Part shown: positions 38,790 through 52,108 of the stretch, piece after piece
How positions within the stretch are numbered: position 1 is the stretch's first letter
How the letters are laid out: each line of letters starts with the position of its first letter
Assembly: GCA_051294905.1 (NCBI GenBank)
Contig: CM119378.1
Span: 2,172,001 to 2,236,000 of the forward strand
Length of the DNA stretch: 64,000 bases
Source of the DNA: Botryllus schlosseri
Taxonomy: Eukaryota
Direction: 5' to 3'
Notes under the pieces: generated by a model
The model's input: the letters and a program-made list of their open reading frames with translations, nothing else
What the model was told of the DNA's origin: nothing
The model's database searches: none
Translations under genes and position numbers: made by a program

Positions 38790-39081
38790 GTACATTTTCT
38801 ACGAAATTAAAAAATCCGTTTTCAAAATATGTTTCAGAATTATGTAGTATCTTGATTTAGTTGCTGATTTATTTTTGGTACTGATAAGCTTGCGCTCATC
38901 GTGATCACGAAAACTTTACGTTACATCATTTGTCACAGCCTGCAGTGAGACGTTTCCGAAGTATTGATGTGTCAAGAAAGTGATAGGCTAACCTAAAGGA
39001 ACATGAAAGTTATTGGTTTCATCAAAATAGCTAAAAAAAGGGATTGGCTTATTTACGATTGTATAAATTAAAATTTTGCAG

Positions 39082-39903
39082 AAATGAAGAACCTCTCTGA
39101 TACTATTGTGATGTTTCCACGGAGATGCTTGAGCAAGTGCAAAAATGTGTACCAAGGAGAAATAATAAGTCGTGTACTGAGTAATCGCCAATGCGCAATT
39201 AAATTCCCGCAAGACACTGATCAGAGTAACAAAGAAGTGGAGATTCTCGCAAAACTTGGAACGCATATGCACGTGGTATCACTCATCCAATCTGGCGTCG
39301 TCGACAGCATATTCAAAGAGAGATTTCTAGTGTTGGAGTTATGTTGTGAAGATGATTTGAATCAATATTTAACAAATACATCTTACAACTTGCAACTGAA
39401 TTTGAGATACTGCATACAAATTATTAAAGGCATGAAATACATTCACGATAAGTGTATTATCCACAAAGACTTGAAACCTGCAAACATCTTGCTCACACTC
39501 GACCAGCAACGTGTAAAAATTGCCGATTTTGGTATAAGCCAGGGAATCAAGTCGGAACGTTCGATGGTTTTTTGTGAATATAGGTTTGGTACTGTTGGAT
39601 ACCGCCCTCCTGAAAGTTTTGGAAATGCTTACATATCATTGAAATCAGACATTTTCTCTTTGGGAGCTTTATTTCACTTCATTATGAGCTATGGAAAATC
39701 CTCATTCGGACCTGAGCCAGATTTGAGAGATTCCAATATAATTAAGGGGAATGTGCGTGTTGCTCACCTATTAGTTCCGAACCCTAACACCTTTTCACAC
39801 TTATTCAAATTGATGATGAGCAAAGAACGCCGCTACCGCCCGACTATCTGGCAGATTGAAGATCATCCCTGTTGGAGATTAGAAGAACATGATTGTGAAT
39901 TTG
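39082..39903 (+). CDS. Ser/Thr protein kinase domain exon, IRE1/RNase L-like, non-RD (HKD)
   Basis: CAIK, KEVEIL, LVLELC, HKDLKPANILL, IADFG, GTVGYRPPE and SDIFSLGALFHFIMSYGKSSFG..RDSNII. Flanked by ttttgcag and G|gtaaat (phase 1-1). No canonical GxGxxG loop and no KEN/RNase domain visible. Confidence 0.88.
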
Positions 39904-40831
39904 GTAAATACCAGATAACATATTCCTTCATCATACGCCATAATTCCAACGACAATAAAGTTGCTTTTTCTTATTTTATTATCCTTATGATACCAACTCA
40001 AGGCCAGAGTTTTTTTTGTATTTGGTCTTCCTTCGCTGTTGTACAAAGCCTTTTTTCAACATTTTAGTGTGTTTCCGTGCTGCATGGAGTCATGGATAAG
40101 AACAGCATCCTGGTCAGTATTGGCAATTCTTAATCATGGTAAAGTATTCAGCAGATAAATATTCAGCAATTGGACTCTTTAGGTCTCTGCTACTTTAATC
40201 GTGTTTAAATTTGGAATATCACACTTAGTGGGAAAGACATCATTCCGACTAGGGTAGTCTTTATCATAAAACTCTTAATACAAGTCCAGCAGGTATTTTT
40301 TCATTTTAATTTTGTGATGTTGCCAGCAAATTCCCCAGCACTTTATTTTTTGTATTTGGTTTTCATACGTGCTGCACATTATATTTTCCACGTTTTGCCA
40401 TATTTCATTGTCTGTTTCGTGTGCAAGAGCAGCCACTTGTTTAAATGGACAATGATAAGGAACAAACAGGTGAATTTTTTTCCTTTGCTCCATAATCTCA
40501 TTCAGGGTTGTAGCCAAGTCCCAAGGCTCCGAGTCACAAGTGACTTTTATAATTTTGAGTCAAGTCGAGTCATTTTCAATTCACCACAGAGTCAAATCGA
40601 AGTCCAAATCAACGAGTTCGAGTCATAGTGTTGTCTCGATCCCGAGTCCAAGTTATAGTGTTTATCGTTCAGTATCGATTTCAAGTCAGGTTCAACTCAT
40701 TTTTGTGAAACGCTTGAATGAAAGCCTCGAATAATAATATGCTCACTTCTCGTACTCCAAAGAAAACAGTTGAAATACGGTTTCTGGGCCTATTTTGCAG
40801 TTATTGGTCCCGATATACGAGACTTGAATAA

Positions 40832-42239
40832 CACTGGTCAACACATATTTTTAGGCAGGCAAAGTAAGAGTGGTTTTGGGGGTTCTGAAGGGCACTGATT
40901 CCGAATATGACCTTAGTTTTTTCAAATTGGCTCTTGTGGAGATAACCCATGGGGCTATTTTGACCAAAATCTCCCATTTTCGCGGTATTGACTAGATAAA
41001 AAATAGGCTTAGTCGTACTATAAAGTTTAGAAATTCAATCTACTTGTTATTTTTACACACAGAAGACCATTTTAAATCAAAATACGGCAACAGCACTATA
41101 TTTAGGGGTAATGGATTTATCATAGTTACTGACTTTCACGGATATCATGTACATAAATAAACTCCAGTCATGTATATAAGTATTTACCTAGATACTCACA
41201 TAACATGGCATTAATTCCATCAGTTTTTCGTCAACCACCTATTATAAATTTGAAATAATCAGTTGGAATACAATATTACTGATATACTTTAAATCGAAAT
41301 TGTTTTTTGTACGATTTTCGCCTGTAAGCTATTTAGTGCAGTTTCTCGAAATGTTCCGGGAATGGTCTGATATAATATGTGTAATGGTTCATCTCATCTG
41401 CTCTGGTATCTTTCGTTTGTTGTTCTGATGTCTTGGTAGAACCTCTTCCCTTGCTAATCAACAAAATGATAAGGAAATATATCAAGATGACTGAACAGGA
41501 AGTGAGCTTTTATGCTCATGTTTGTGCTCAAATGTTCGATATGCAGATACGAATTTTCGGACCAACTGTTTGTAGTTGGGTGCTTTGTGATCATCTAAAA
41601 AGTTTTTATTTACTACATCTTAGGATAAATTACATGCTGTGAACTCCTTCCTAATGTGAAATTGGAATCTTTCATCGGTATTCCAATATACCAGACACCA
41701 GATTTAAGCTTCTCGTTTGACAGGGTCACTAGGTCACTTTGTTGAATCAGTGGAAAATTATCCATTTACCAGTCAAAAGAAATGAGACACATATGAAAAT
41801 TGTAGTCAAGCCTTTCAAGGACAAATTTTACGGTTTTATACTCCTCTTTAATCTTGGTAGAATGACCAATTGAGTATGAATTTCCGTTGTGCAAAAGTAC
41901 AATTTTTAAGCTTGACAAATTGCTTTTTTGACAAACAAATATTTCGCATCATGCCATGTTAATATTGATAGAATGACTGAGAATGACATGCGGGTTCTTC
42001 ATAGTCAATTGGCCATTTATGCGCAGAATAAAATGAGAAACTACGATTTTCTTCCTATCAAGTGAAATATTTGAGGGTAAATACAGTAATTTTGGGCTTT
42101 TTTAGGGGCATAAATATCTTCTGACAGAGAGCCAATCTGACAAAACTAATGTGATATTCGTAATCAGCAACCTCAAAAACCCCGGGAACGGCTCTCAGAT
42201 GTTCTGCCTAAAATTTTATTTTCATTTTGTTGACCAGTG
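40832..42239 (-). mobile_element. Tc1/mariner-like DNA transposon relic (CACTGGTCAACA TIR)
   Basis: TIR CACTGGTCAACA...TGTTGACCAGTG|TA with decayed transposase on the minus strand. A partial second copy at ~47020-47700 encodes IGHSTKIKEEYKAIKFVLERLNY; fragments at ~43840-44260. Confidence 0.7.
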
Positions 42240-43027
42240 TAATTTATGTATAGTTTGTTGAGTCCTATGACTTGGTCTGACACTAGTACAAGTCAAGTCA
42301 ATACACAAATTGACTCGAGTCGAGTCAAGGCATTTTATATTTTTGATAAAATGACTCAAGGCAAGTCGAGTCGAAAAGAAATTACAAGTCATTACAACCT
42401 TTAGCTCATTTACTGGGAAAATTCATCATTTTAACTATGGTAGCCTTGGGGATAAAACCTTGGCTATAATCTTTTGGAGCGTTATATGCATTTACTTGAT
42501 GTGGCATTCAGTTATTTTTCATTTGTAAATGTGTAAACATCTCACTGTGAATATTATTGCTGGAGTGAAAAAAATTATTATTGGCAAGCAAAGGGGTACT
42601 TCCATCGATGTTTTTTAAATGAAAATTCTATTAGCATTGCGCCATCTCATGTGATGAGTAGTGATCTTACTGATGAGTGTTCCTATTCACAATGGTCTGC
42701 AGAATACGCATGGACTAATGACATCGACATCTGCAACATGGAGTCCATCCCATTTCTAGTAGTCTCTAGGCATCCCATTATGTGGTCCAGTGGTTTCCAA
42801 ACTGTGTGTCGCAGCATCCTAGTGAGTCACCTACAGGCTTGTCGGTAGTAATCCTGTTTCAGTGATTTTGGCTTGGCTATCTCAACATTTTTGTGATGAG
42901 CCTATTTGGTTATTGTTGGCAACCCTTTTTGGCAATTCCAACATACCGGATGAAATAGAGGGATGAGGCTATATTCCTCCTGTTCATCATTAGATTGAAA
43001 CAAAATATGGATGTAAATATTTTTTAG

Positions 43028-43180
43028 ATTATGGGTGTGTGGATGAGATCGATGACTCAAGTGATGAAAGAGCACATTCGCCCCAGGTAGAAGTTGTTGA
43101 CCCACTCGATGAATTTGCCAATTTAAGTGAGATGATCGAAATTCTGGAAGCAGAGGAAGAAAGAATATACGATAATAAGA
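43028..43180 (+). CDS. Probable acidic linker exon downstream of the kinase exon
   Basis: ttttttag| phase-1 acceptor, open frame DYGCVDEIDDSSDERAHSPQVEVVDPLDEFANLSEMIEILEAEEERIYDNK, donors at 43086 (CAG|gtag, phase 0) and 43180 (A|gtaagt, phase 1). Confidence 0.55.
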
Positions 43181-44323
43181 GTAAGTAAAAAGCCTGTAAC
43201 TAACATGTGCATGTATACGTATAAGTACCCAATATACAACCTAGCCAGGGCTCTTCTGACCACGGACTTATTGCTTCCAACGAAATCGTGATCCCTTGAA
43301 ATGAAAGTTTTCAATTTTCAAAATTTATTAAAACTGGTATTAATCTAAGCTGGTGTCGGGCTGATTCCGAGAATAAAATTCTTGTCGGGACGATGGAACT
43401 ACCCCGAAATGGCCCCGAAAGTTAGAAAATCGGTATTGTTCTAAACAATCGCTCGATGCAATTGGTCATTGTCATGGTGATTGTGTTGCGGCTTTACCTA
43501 TTGTTTGGACCAGTTTATTATTGTCAATTAGTTGAGGAAAATTATCTTGAAATATGCAACATCCGGACACTAATGCTCGATTTCTCAATCTGTTCTTTTG
43601 AAACTGGCCACTTATATATACCTTATCTGTTATGGTGAAAATACTCGATAGATATAGGACTATTTCTTCCTGCGTTGTACTGTTATTGCTAATATATAAC
43701 TCGGGTATTAACCTGTTGAAAGTATTCAATTTTATATTCGCTCACGTCCCCTGACAGAGCATTTATCAAAGCAAACGTGTTTTGGCTTTTGGCAATGTTA
43801 GTCACATCTCTAAGGACTTTGCATCTATGCTTAGCATGTCATAGCATTCAACTGTTACAATCATAAAACTATGTTACAGTATTTTTCATTTGATCGATTT
43901 TGTTCGAAATTGTTCGTTTTTTTTAAACTAAAATATGGAATATTTCAAAAAATTGAGCCAATTCGGAAAAACCAATGTCATTTTTTGGTTCAGCGACCTG
44001 CAAATACCCCAAAACAGATTTTCTTTCTTGGCACCAAAATTTGTGTTGACCAGTGTTATCTATTTATAGGAAAATCGAAGATTTACTTTCTACCAAGTGA
44101 AATGTCAGGGGTATATAAAGTGAATAGCTTTTTCAGGGTTGTAAATATCGTCCTTTCTAAAGCCAATCTACCAAAACTGATGTGATCAGCAACTTGAAAA
44201 CCCCAGTAACGGCTCCTAGATGGTCTGCCCAAAATTTTTTTGCATTTTGTTGACCAGTAGGGCTTTTCAAAACTTATTTTCTCAATCTTGCTGGCTAGGT
44301 GATTAAATCGTTAGATTGCCTAA

Positions 44324-45303
44324 CAGTGTTGGGATGACTCGAGTCAACTTTTTCGTATGACTTGACTTGACTCGAGTCATCTTGGAAAAATGACTTGACT
44401 TGACTTGACTCGGAGCTTCAAAAATGTACATTACATTGACTTGTGACTCGGAGCCAAATTTACGAGTCAATTTCAAGTCATCAAGTAAAAGCTGTCGAAT
44501 AAATCCCTGTATCTTGTGTATGTTCGGACTGTTCGAGATACGCCGGTGTCACTTGTGAGAGCAACCAGTCATTCACTGATTGTACGTTACACTGATCCTC
44601 TATTGTTAGATCAGAAATAAATTGAGTGCAAACTTAACGATCACAGCTGACGCTGTCGTAATAGTAATAGTAGAAGATTTGTCTAAATAGCAATGTGTCT
44701 CTGTTTCTTAGACGTCTCTATGGCCAACGTTGCGCAGTGCTCACATTTACCAACCGTCTTGTATGAATTACATCGAACCAATATAGCTTGTGCGTTTATA
44801 TTCGCACGGATGTGTAGATGGGTAGTGTAGGCTATTGTACCATATCCTTCTGTTTCAACTTCTCGAAGCTACCTATTAGGTCCTATATTTTGGCTGATAA
44901 TAACTGACTGTAGCATGGAGCTGTACATTGTACAGTCACTCACGTATTTTATTAGCAGTTCTACATGTACGTGAGGGATACAACGTCTTTTTGCATGTAT
45001 TATTAACTAGATATTCGTTATTTGATACAAGATAAATGATCAATTAATCTGTCTTTCACACAGCTAGCAAAATATAATGACTTTGAATCATCACTCATAC
45101 TTCATAAATTTAATTTGACTTGAATTGTGACTTGACTTGACTTGACTTGACTCGACTTGACTCGAGTCACTTCCAAAAAATGAGTGACTTGACTTGATCA
45201 GAGTCACATTAGAAAATCGATTGACTTGACTTGACTCGAGTGAAAATCTGCAATGACTCGAGATGACTCGTGACTCGAAGGTAGTGACTTGATCCCAACA
45301 TTG
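44324..45303. mobile_element. hAT-type MITE (CAGTGTTGGGA family), opposite orientation to 27398-28307
   Basis: TIR CAGTGTTGGGA...TCCCAACATTG with perfect TSD TTGCCTAA. Confidence 0.87.
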
Positions 45304-45854
45304 TTGCCTAAAAAACGACGCGCACCAAATTTGAAGTCATTCCAAACGGTGATCGCGGAGTTCTTATAGTTTGAAAATTTTTAATTTACTAAAAAATGCC
45401 AGAAATTTATTGTTTTGAAATTCTTCCGTCAAACTCATAACATGGTTGAGTTGTCTTCAAAAGCGATGCAAAACAAAATTCTTTGACTATCCTCCGATCA
45501 ATGTTCCTGTATTTTTGCTGTGCTGCTGTGTGGCCTTTTGTAATGATTCCTATCTATTTGCTAACCTGTGTCCCAAGCATAACATACCCCAATGTAATGT
45601 TGATGTTAATGGTGATGTTTACCAAGCAGAACATACAAAGCAGTATGAAATTGTGCCGACATGATCGACATTGCTATCGATCATGTATATTATAAGCAAT
45701 AAGTTGGGCAAGTTTTTGTAGCACTAAGACGGGTTATGCAGACACGAAAGTCATTTCATGTCAGGAGCCTGTTAAAAGCGATTCGCGACAAGCTGGTTCG
45801 CGGACAACAGGCTCCTGAGTTTTGACAAAGTTCTCTCAAAACGATTCCGTTCAG

Positions 45855-46937
45855 AACGACGATCTGCGGCAGAAGCCTTGCAGCGATATCGGAACAAAGG
45901 ACGAGCGATAAAGTAATCGGTATTAGTTTCGTCATAAAGCTCAAAATAAAATTGTTTGAATCCGTTCGCAGATGTTTCGGGACGAAAGGCAAAGGCTCGG
46001 GTCAGATGAATGATCCACATGGCATTTGCTCAACGACCTCTGGCGATCTCGTGGTCGCAGATTGGGGCAACCATCGCATCCAGGTTCGTTGGTCTGTTTC
46101 AGCAGTTGAAGTGGCTTCATCGTTCGCGCTTCCAGATCTTCGACATGAACGGACGAGTCAAGGGAAGCTTCGGGAGCGAAGAAAAATTCGTTGGCGTGGT
46201 CGACGTGTGTGTGACGACACGCGGGCATATTATCGCCTCGGACTGGGGGAATGACCGAATCCAAATATTCGACGAACAAGGGAGGTTCGTTCAGGCGTTC
46301 GGTGGCGAAGGTGACGTTTGGGTGACGTCATAGCGGCCGGTGGTAGTGACGTCGCTTAGTTTCAGGAGACGGAGAACTGAACCATCCTGGCGGAGTTGCA
46401 ACTGACGGGGGTCTGATCTACGTTTGTGACACGCACAAGGGCGACGTAGGCAATCATCCAGTCCAAGTCTTCACGGAGGAGGGAAAGTTCGTTCGGAAGT
46501 TCGGTTCTGAGAGTTTGAAAGTTCCGTCTTATCTTTCCGTGACTTCGAACGGCAGAGTGCGTGAGCCGTCAGCTCCATTCGAACTCTCGTGACCTTCCTC
46601 TTTTTCGCAGGTCGTCGTCAGTGACTGGGCCAATCACAACGTCCACGTTTTCGACACGCACGGCCGCCATCTTTTCCAGTTTGGATCGGAAGGATCGGGC
46701 GAGTCTGAGTTCAAGGATCCGGCAGGCGTCGCCACAGACGACCACGGCAACATGATTGTGTGCGACAGGCGCAACAACCGGGTTCAGGTTTTCACGAGCG
46801 GCGGAGAGTTCGTGACTTGTTTCGGGAGCGAAGGTTCTGATCCTGGACAGATGAAGCATCCGACAGGAGTCTGCCTTTTGTCAGACGGACGAATCGCGGT
46901 CGGTGACACTAGCAACAACAGAGTGCAAATCTTTTGA
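45855..46937 (+). CDS. NHL-repeat beta-propeller (six repeats), TRIM2/3/71-like C-terminus
   Basis: Exons 45855-45912, 45972-46083, 46136-46310, 46366-46556 and 46611-46937 (introns 59, 52, 55, 54 nt), possibly preceded by 45765-45795. Repeats such as FGTKGKGSGQMNDPHGI...VADWGNHRIQIF and FGSEGSDPGQMKHPTGV...VGDTSNNRVQIF*. Confidence 0.9.
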
Positions 46938-48330
46938 ACAACGTGATTTTGATGTTGTCTTGCCACGAGCGGCAACATTTCATGTGTGTGAGTGCGCGCG
47001 AAAACGGAATTGGAATTATGATATTTGGAATTTATCCGTAAAAAGTTTTATGTACTACATCTTAGGAGTAATTACATGCTGTGAACTCCTCCTAATGTGA
47101 AATTGGAATCTTTCATCGGCATTCGAATATACCAGATACCAGATTTAAGCTTCTCGTTTGATAGGGTTACTAGGTATACCCACTTCGTTGGCTCAGTGGA
47201 AAATTATCCATTTACCACTCAAAAGAAATGAGACGCATATGAGTATTGTAGTTAAGCCTTTCAAGGACAAATTTTATAGCTTTATACTCCTCTTTAATCT
47301 TGGTAGAATGACCAATTGATACAGGAGAAGATGAATTTCCGTTTTGGAAAAGTACAATTTTTAGGCTTGACAAACTGCTTTTTGACAAACAAATATTTCG
47401 CATTATGCCATGTTAATATTGATAGAATGACTGAGAATGACATGAGGGTTCTTCATAGTCAATTAGCCATTTATGCGCAGTATAAAATTAGAAAAAACAA
47501 TGATTTTCTTCCCACCAAGTGAAATATTTATGGGTAAATAGGCCTACAGTAATTTTGGGCTTTTTTAGGGGTATAAATATCTTCTGACAGAGAGCCAATC
47601 TGACAAAACTAATGTGATAATCGTAATCAGCAACCTCAAAAACCCCAGAAATTACTCTCAGTTGTTCTGCCTAAAATTTTTTTTTCATTTTGTTGACCAG
47701 ACCATTAAAGTATGGACCGCAAAGGGTTTAATTTTGGGTCGACACGGTGCGAGAGCGATCTCTTAAAATGTATGTAATATTTGTTGAATTTGTTGCAAAA
47801 AATCCTGGGCTAGTTTTTTACGTATACCAGGTCACTGTGTTGGGTACTGTAGCCAATGAGCGGCTCACGCAGAAAATGTGGCTTTATCATGAGAATTCAT
47901 GATCAGATTTGTCCGACTGTTTTTTCTAGAAAGCATGATCTAAGACTGTTCGGATGTACTAGGGGTGCGCAACGAGCGAGTTCAGGCCTATGAGACGCAT
48001 TCATTTCGAGCACAACCCCTTGTGCTTCGGGGGGCACATGAAGACGTGAAGTTTTGGGCAACAAATCACTGATAAAATGCGGTGCCCGAAACATATGCGG
48101 CGACAAAACCCTAATCTAAAAATGACCGATGCTGGATGGCCAAACCTGTCGAAATGGAATGGATATATACTCCGTTGTCGGCACGGTATAGTCCCGTCGG
48201 GGCCTACGATACTTACGGTCTAATATGGCACATTACAGTTGCAGGATATGAGGCCGACTCTTACAAAACAGACATCACGACTGACTCAATGATTGTTTGC
48301 GATCTCACTTCTTGGTACCAGACGCCTATG

Positions 48331-48835
48331 TAGGCTTACCATATTTTGAAAATGCAAAAAGAGGACACTTTTTCAGAAATTTGCAAGATACAAAACCGGA
48401 GTAGAATTCTCAAAAACCGGTGATTTTTCCCACTTTGCGGTCGGTTGATTGAAAAAAAAAAAAAAAGGTCATCACTTCCGCTCAGATCTCAAAATAACGT
48501 TTTTTATCCTACATTGCCAGGTGGATGACTAAAAAAAAGGTCATCACTTCTGCTCAGAGCTCAAAATACCGTTTATCTCTCCGCATTGCCAGATGGATGA
48601 CTAAAAAAAAAAAAAAAAGGTCATTTTTTCGCTCAGAGCTAACTTCACCGTTTTTCACTCCGAAATATCCGCCGGACCGTCACTTCTGTGCTAATTTGCG
48701 GCATAACAGACCTGGATTTTCAAAAAAGAGGACAAAATCTCAAAAAAGAGGACAAAAGGGCGTCCTCCGAGGACACTTTCAAAAAAGTAAAAAAAGAGGA
48801 CAAATCCTCTTAAAAGAGGACGTATGGTAAGCCTA
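48331..48835. mobile_element. hAT-type MITE (TAGGCTTACCATA family), second copy
   Basis: Same TIRs and internal sequence as 20817-21320 in reverse orientation; TSD not clearly preserved. Confidence 0.82.
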
Positions 48836-48847
48836 CTATATAGCCAT

Positions 48848-49262
48848 CAGAGATGAGCGGATTTGAAATTTCTATGTCCTAATCCAATCCAAATCCGAAC
48901 CTTCAAGTACAAATCCAAATCCATAACTTTTTCATATTCAAGTCCATGTCCAATCCTAATCCGATTCCAACTGGAAATTCAGAAAAAATACTAATTTATG
49001 CAATGGAGGGATTCGAAAATTTTCTTTCACAACCAACGATTCACTTGATTCAAGATAACTTAGTAACCATAAGTACATTATTAACTGATCTGAATAATGT
49101 TTGTCGCCATTCACCACACGACACTCCAATCTCCCAGAAAATAGGTAAATCCAATCATAATCCGTTCCGAAAAAAATGTCTAATCCAAATCCAATCCAAA
49201 TCCAACAAATTTTCACAAATCCTGTTTTTTCAAAACCTAATCCTAATCCATACTCATCTCTG
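48848..49262. mobile_element. hAT-type MITE with AATCC arrays
   Basis: TIR CAGAGATGAG...CTCATCTCTG; TSD ATAGCCAT/CTAGCCAT (7/8). Confidence 0.8.
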
Positions 49263-52108
49263 CTAGCCATACAAGTCTAATAAAGTCTTATAACAGGCAA
49301 AATTAGTACTTTCAGATGAAACAACCCAATTAAGAGCCAAGTGACAGCGTCGCAATATATTTATCCACCAACACACAAGAAGACAATGTAACGAGAATCC
49401 CCAACTTGGGCATGTAAAAGTATTTTACAGCATGGTAAAACGAATTCAAGCACGTGAAAATGAAATTCATTCATTTGAAACTACTCTGAAAAACGTACGT
49501 GAAGCTTAGCCATAGAGGTTCTGCAAGTGAAATGAATTGCTGCAGTAAGCAAACTACGTCTTGCTCAACTGCCGTTTTTTAAGTCCTTCACAGCATCTTT
49601 TCTCACAGAGGCATTTACCAGCTTCTGCTTGTCATTATAATATATGTTAACAATGATTTTGCTCGCCAATTAAAGCAATTGAAGATTGTAAACCAAGCAT
49701 TAAAAGGACTCAAAAATGAAGCAATATCGTACATTCTTACGCATTCTGAAGCATTAGGCCTAATAAAGTTATATTCATTCGCAAGTGGACGTTAAATAGA
49801 GTGTGAAAGCTACCAAGGTCTTACGCTTATATATATCGCCTGCTATCGGCGCAACAAAGTACTCAATTATATTGTTACTTACACATATTACGGGTCACCT
49901 CTGCATACCGCTGGGCTCATTTCAGAGATATCTAGAACTTCTAGTTATCCCTGGCTCATTTCTCAGGGATAGGATACTTTTGGCGCTTGGACATATAGAA
50001 TAGACGATATCGAAGATTTCGGCGAACATGCGTCTTCGTCTATAATTTTGTCCAAAGGTGACATCACCGACGATCTTTCTGCGAGAGCAGACGCGAAGTC
50101 GCATGTTGCAAGACCCGTTCTCTTATAATTGCGAATATACTTCGACTCATTTACGTAGATTGAACGTATTCTAAATTCTAGCAGGTGGTAAATACTGGAA
50201 GAAAGAAATGGAGTGAAGTGCTAAAAAAATTTTGAGTCAAATATATCTGCCGAGAAATATTCTACTTAACGAAGATCTCCGAAAAATATGGCTGGCCCCA
50301 AGCTACGCCAATGCGTCGGAACTGATATTTTAGTCATCGACATCCAAAATTTCGCGGTCGGGATGATGAAACTTTCGGTTGGCCCTACAAGTTCATCATA
50401 AAGGACCTGATAATATAGCTAATTTAGAGAATAACCTCGCTGGCCACATCTCGCCCGCGGGCCAAGGGTTGGCCGCCCCTGGTTTAAATGGTAGATTACA
50501 ACAAGGCGCCTCCAGTCAACCATCAGTTATCGCAAGTGACCGGAGACAGCATGTCCAGCATGTAATATATTGTACAATGGTGACTCGTACGTAAAATTCC
50601 TATATATTGTCATATAGTCGCTATGCTATTACGACTATCACACGTGCGAGTGATGTAATTACTCCGAAAAACCACTTAGACCCCACCATAACTGGCCAAT
50701 TCTGATCTTCAAACTAGGTAAAATGAAAAGAAAAAGGAAGTTATATTCATAACTAACTGCTAAAGTAGTTACGAGCGACCTTTCACCTTAGGTAGGTCCT
50801 CACACAGCAATTTCGATACGTTTCACTAAAATTACTGAATGAAGAAACTGAGGAATGTCAATAGTCATAAAATTACAAAATCTGTATTTGGCAATTGCAC
50901 ACTGTCCACAAAAGCATGAAATAATGGTGGGATAATACATCCAACAGTAGCACGTGTGTGAAAAAAATGCAAAGACTACATATTGTATCAGCATTACAGT
51001 AATATTGCGATCCCAGACGAACACGCGAGTAGTTTGCATTGTTTAATGTTCCAAACGGTGACAATACCATGGCCTTACTTAAAAAAGGCATACACATTGC
51101 ACACAGCAGCTCACAAATCACATTTTCCCGTAGTCTCCAAGGGTCGTTGGTATATTGCTTTCGAGGTATTTAATAACAAGTCTATCGATGAATGAAAAAT
51201 GTCGATATAAAATGAAATATGTATAGCATATTTAATTCCGAGTTCGTTCAGAAACATTAAGCTCTTCAAGAGCAAAGATTGTTTCATTATAAGCTCACGC
51301 ACTCATGATGAAATGCTGGCCATAGCTTGGCATGAACGAGGTCGGCGGTCACACGAACAGTATGTGTGGTTGGTTGGCAAGCATGATGTATAGTGACTTG
51401 GCTTAGAGGATTCCATCTTTTTGTTTTCGTTCTCATTTCCGTGTAGTTGAAGCACTCGGCTGTAGATATCAATCTAAAAGAAAAGCGATCAATGTCGAAT
51501 GTGCTTTGTCAGCGATAGCTGTTGCGTGCGTGAATAGCAGAGGTGGTCAGTTATGAAGTAGCCTACTCCTATTTTTTGGAGTATTCAAGTAGATTCGGTC
51601 TGCTTGCACTATTTAGTCCAGTGGTTATGGCTAAAACCAGCGGTTCTCAACCGAGGATCCAAAATTGTCTACTTTATTAATTTTGCTTTTATGGGTGGGA
51701 ATTGAGCCAAATTTCATGGATAACCTAACAATTTCATAGGGTTCTGAGTGATACATGGAATTTTATTAAAATAGTTTTTACATTAAATCTAAAAATTTTC
51801 TAATTTAATAACTTCGCTTCTACTGGTTGGAATTGAACCAAATTTGTTTTGCAGCGATTGTTTGGTGACAACCTAACAATTTCACGAGGTCTTGAGTGAA
51901 ATATGCAATTTACTCATTAATTCCAAAATTTTATACACTAATAACTCCACTTCTACTGGTTTGAATTGATCCGAATTCGAATTGCAGCTTTTTTTTCAGG
52001 CAGCCTAACAATTTCATAAGTTCTCAGCGAAATTTGAAAAGAAATAGTATTAAATCAAATTTCTCCACTTTGAAACCATATACCGCCCCGCCATGTGTAA
52101 ATTTCTAC

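Noticed and set aside
39904..40067. C-terminal extension of the 327-aa kinase ORF in the ORF track
   Set aside because: It follows a G|gtaaat donor and reads as T-rich, intron-like sequence; treated as read-through into the intron.
42634..42848. Short open frame MSSDLTDECSYSQWSAEYAW between the kinase and NHL exons
   Set aside because: Its phase is incompatible with the kinase exon donor and no clear donor site follows.
45758..45775. ATG TCA GGA GCC TGT TAA in frame with the NHL coding region, suggesting stop-codon readthrough
   Set aside because: Ordinary splicing (acceptor at 45854, or a 59-nt intron at 45796-45854) bypasses the TAA, so recoding is not needed.
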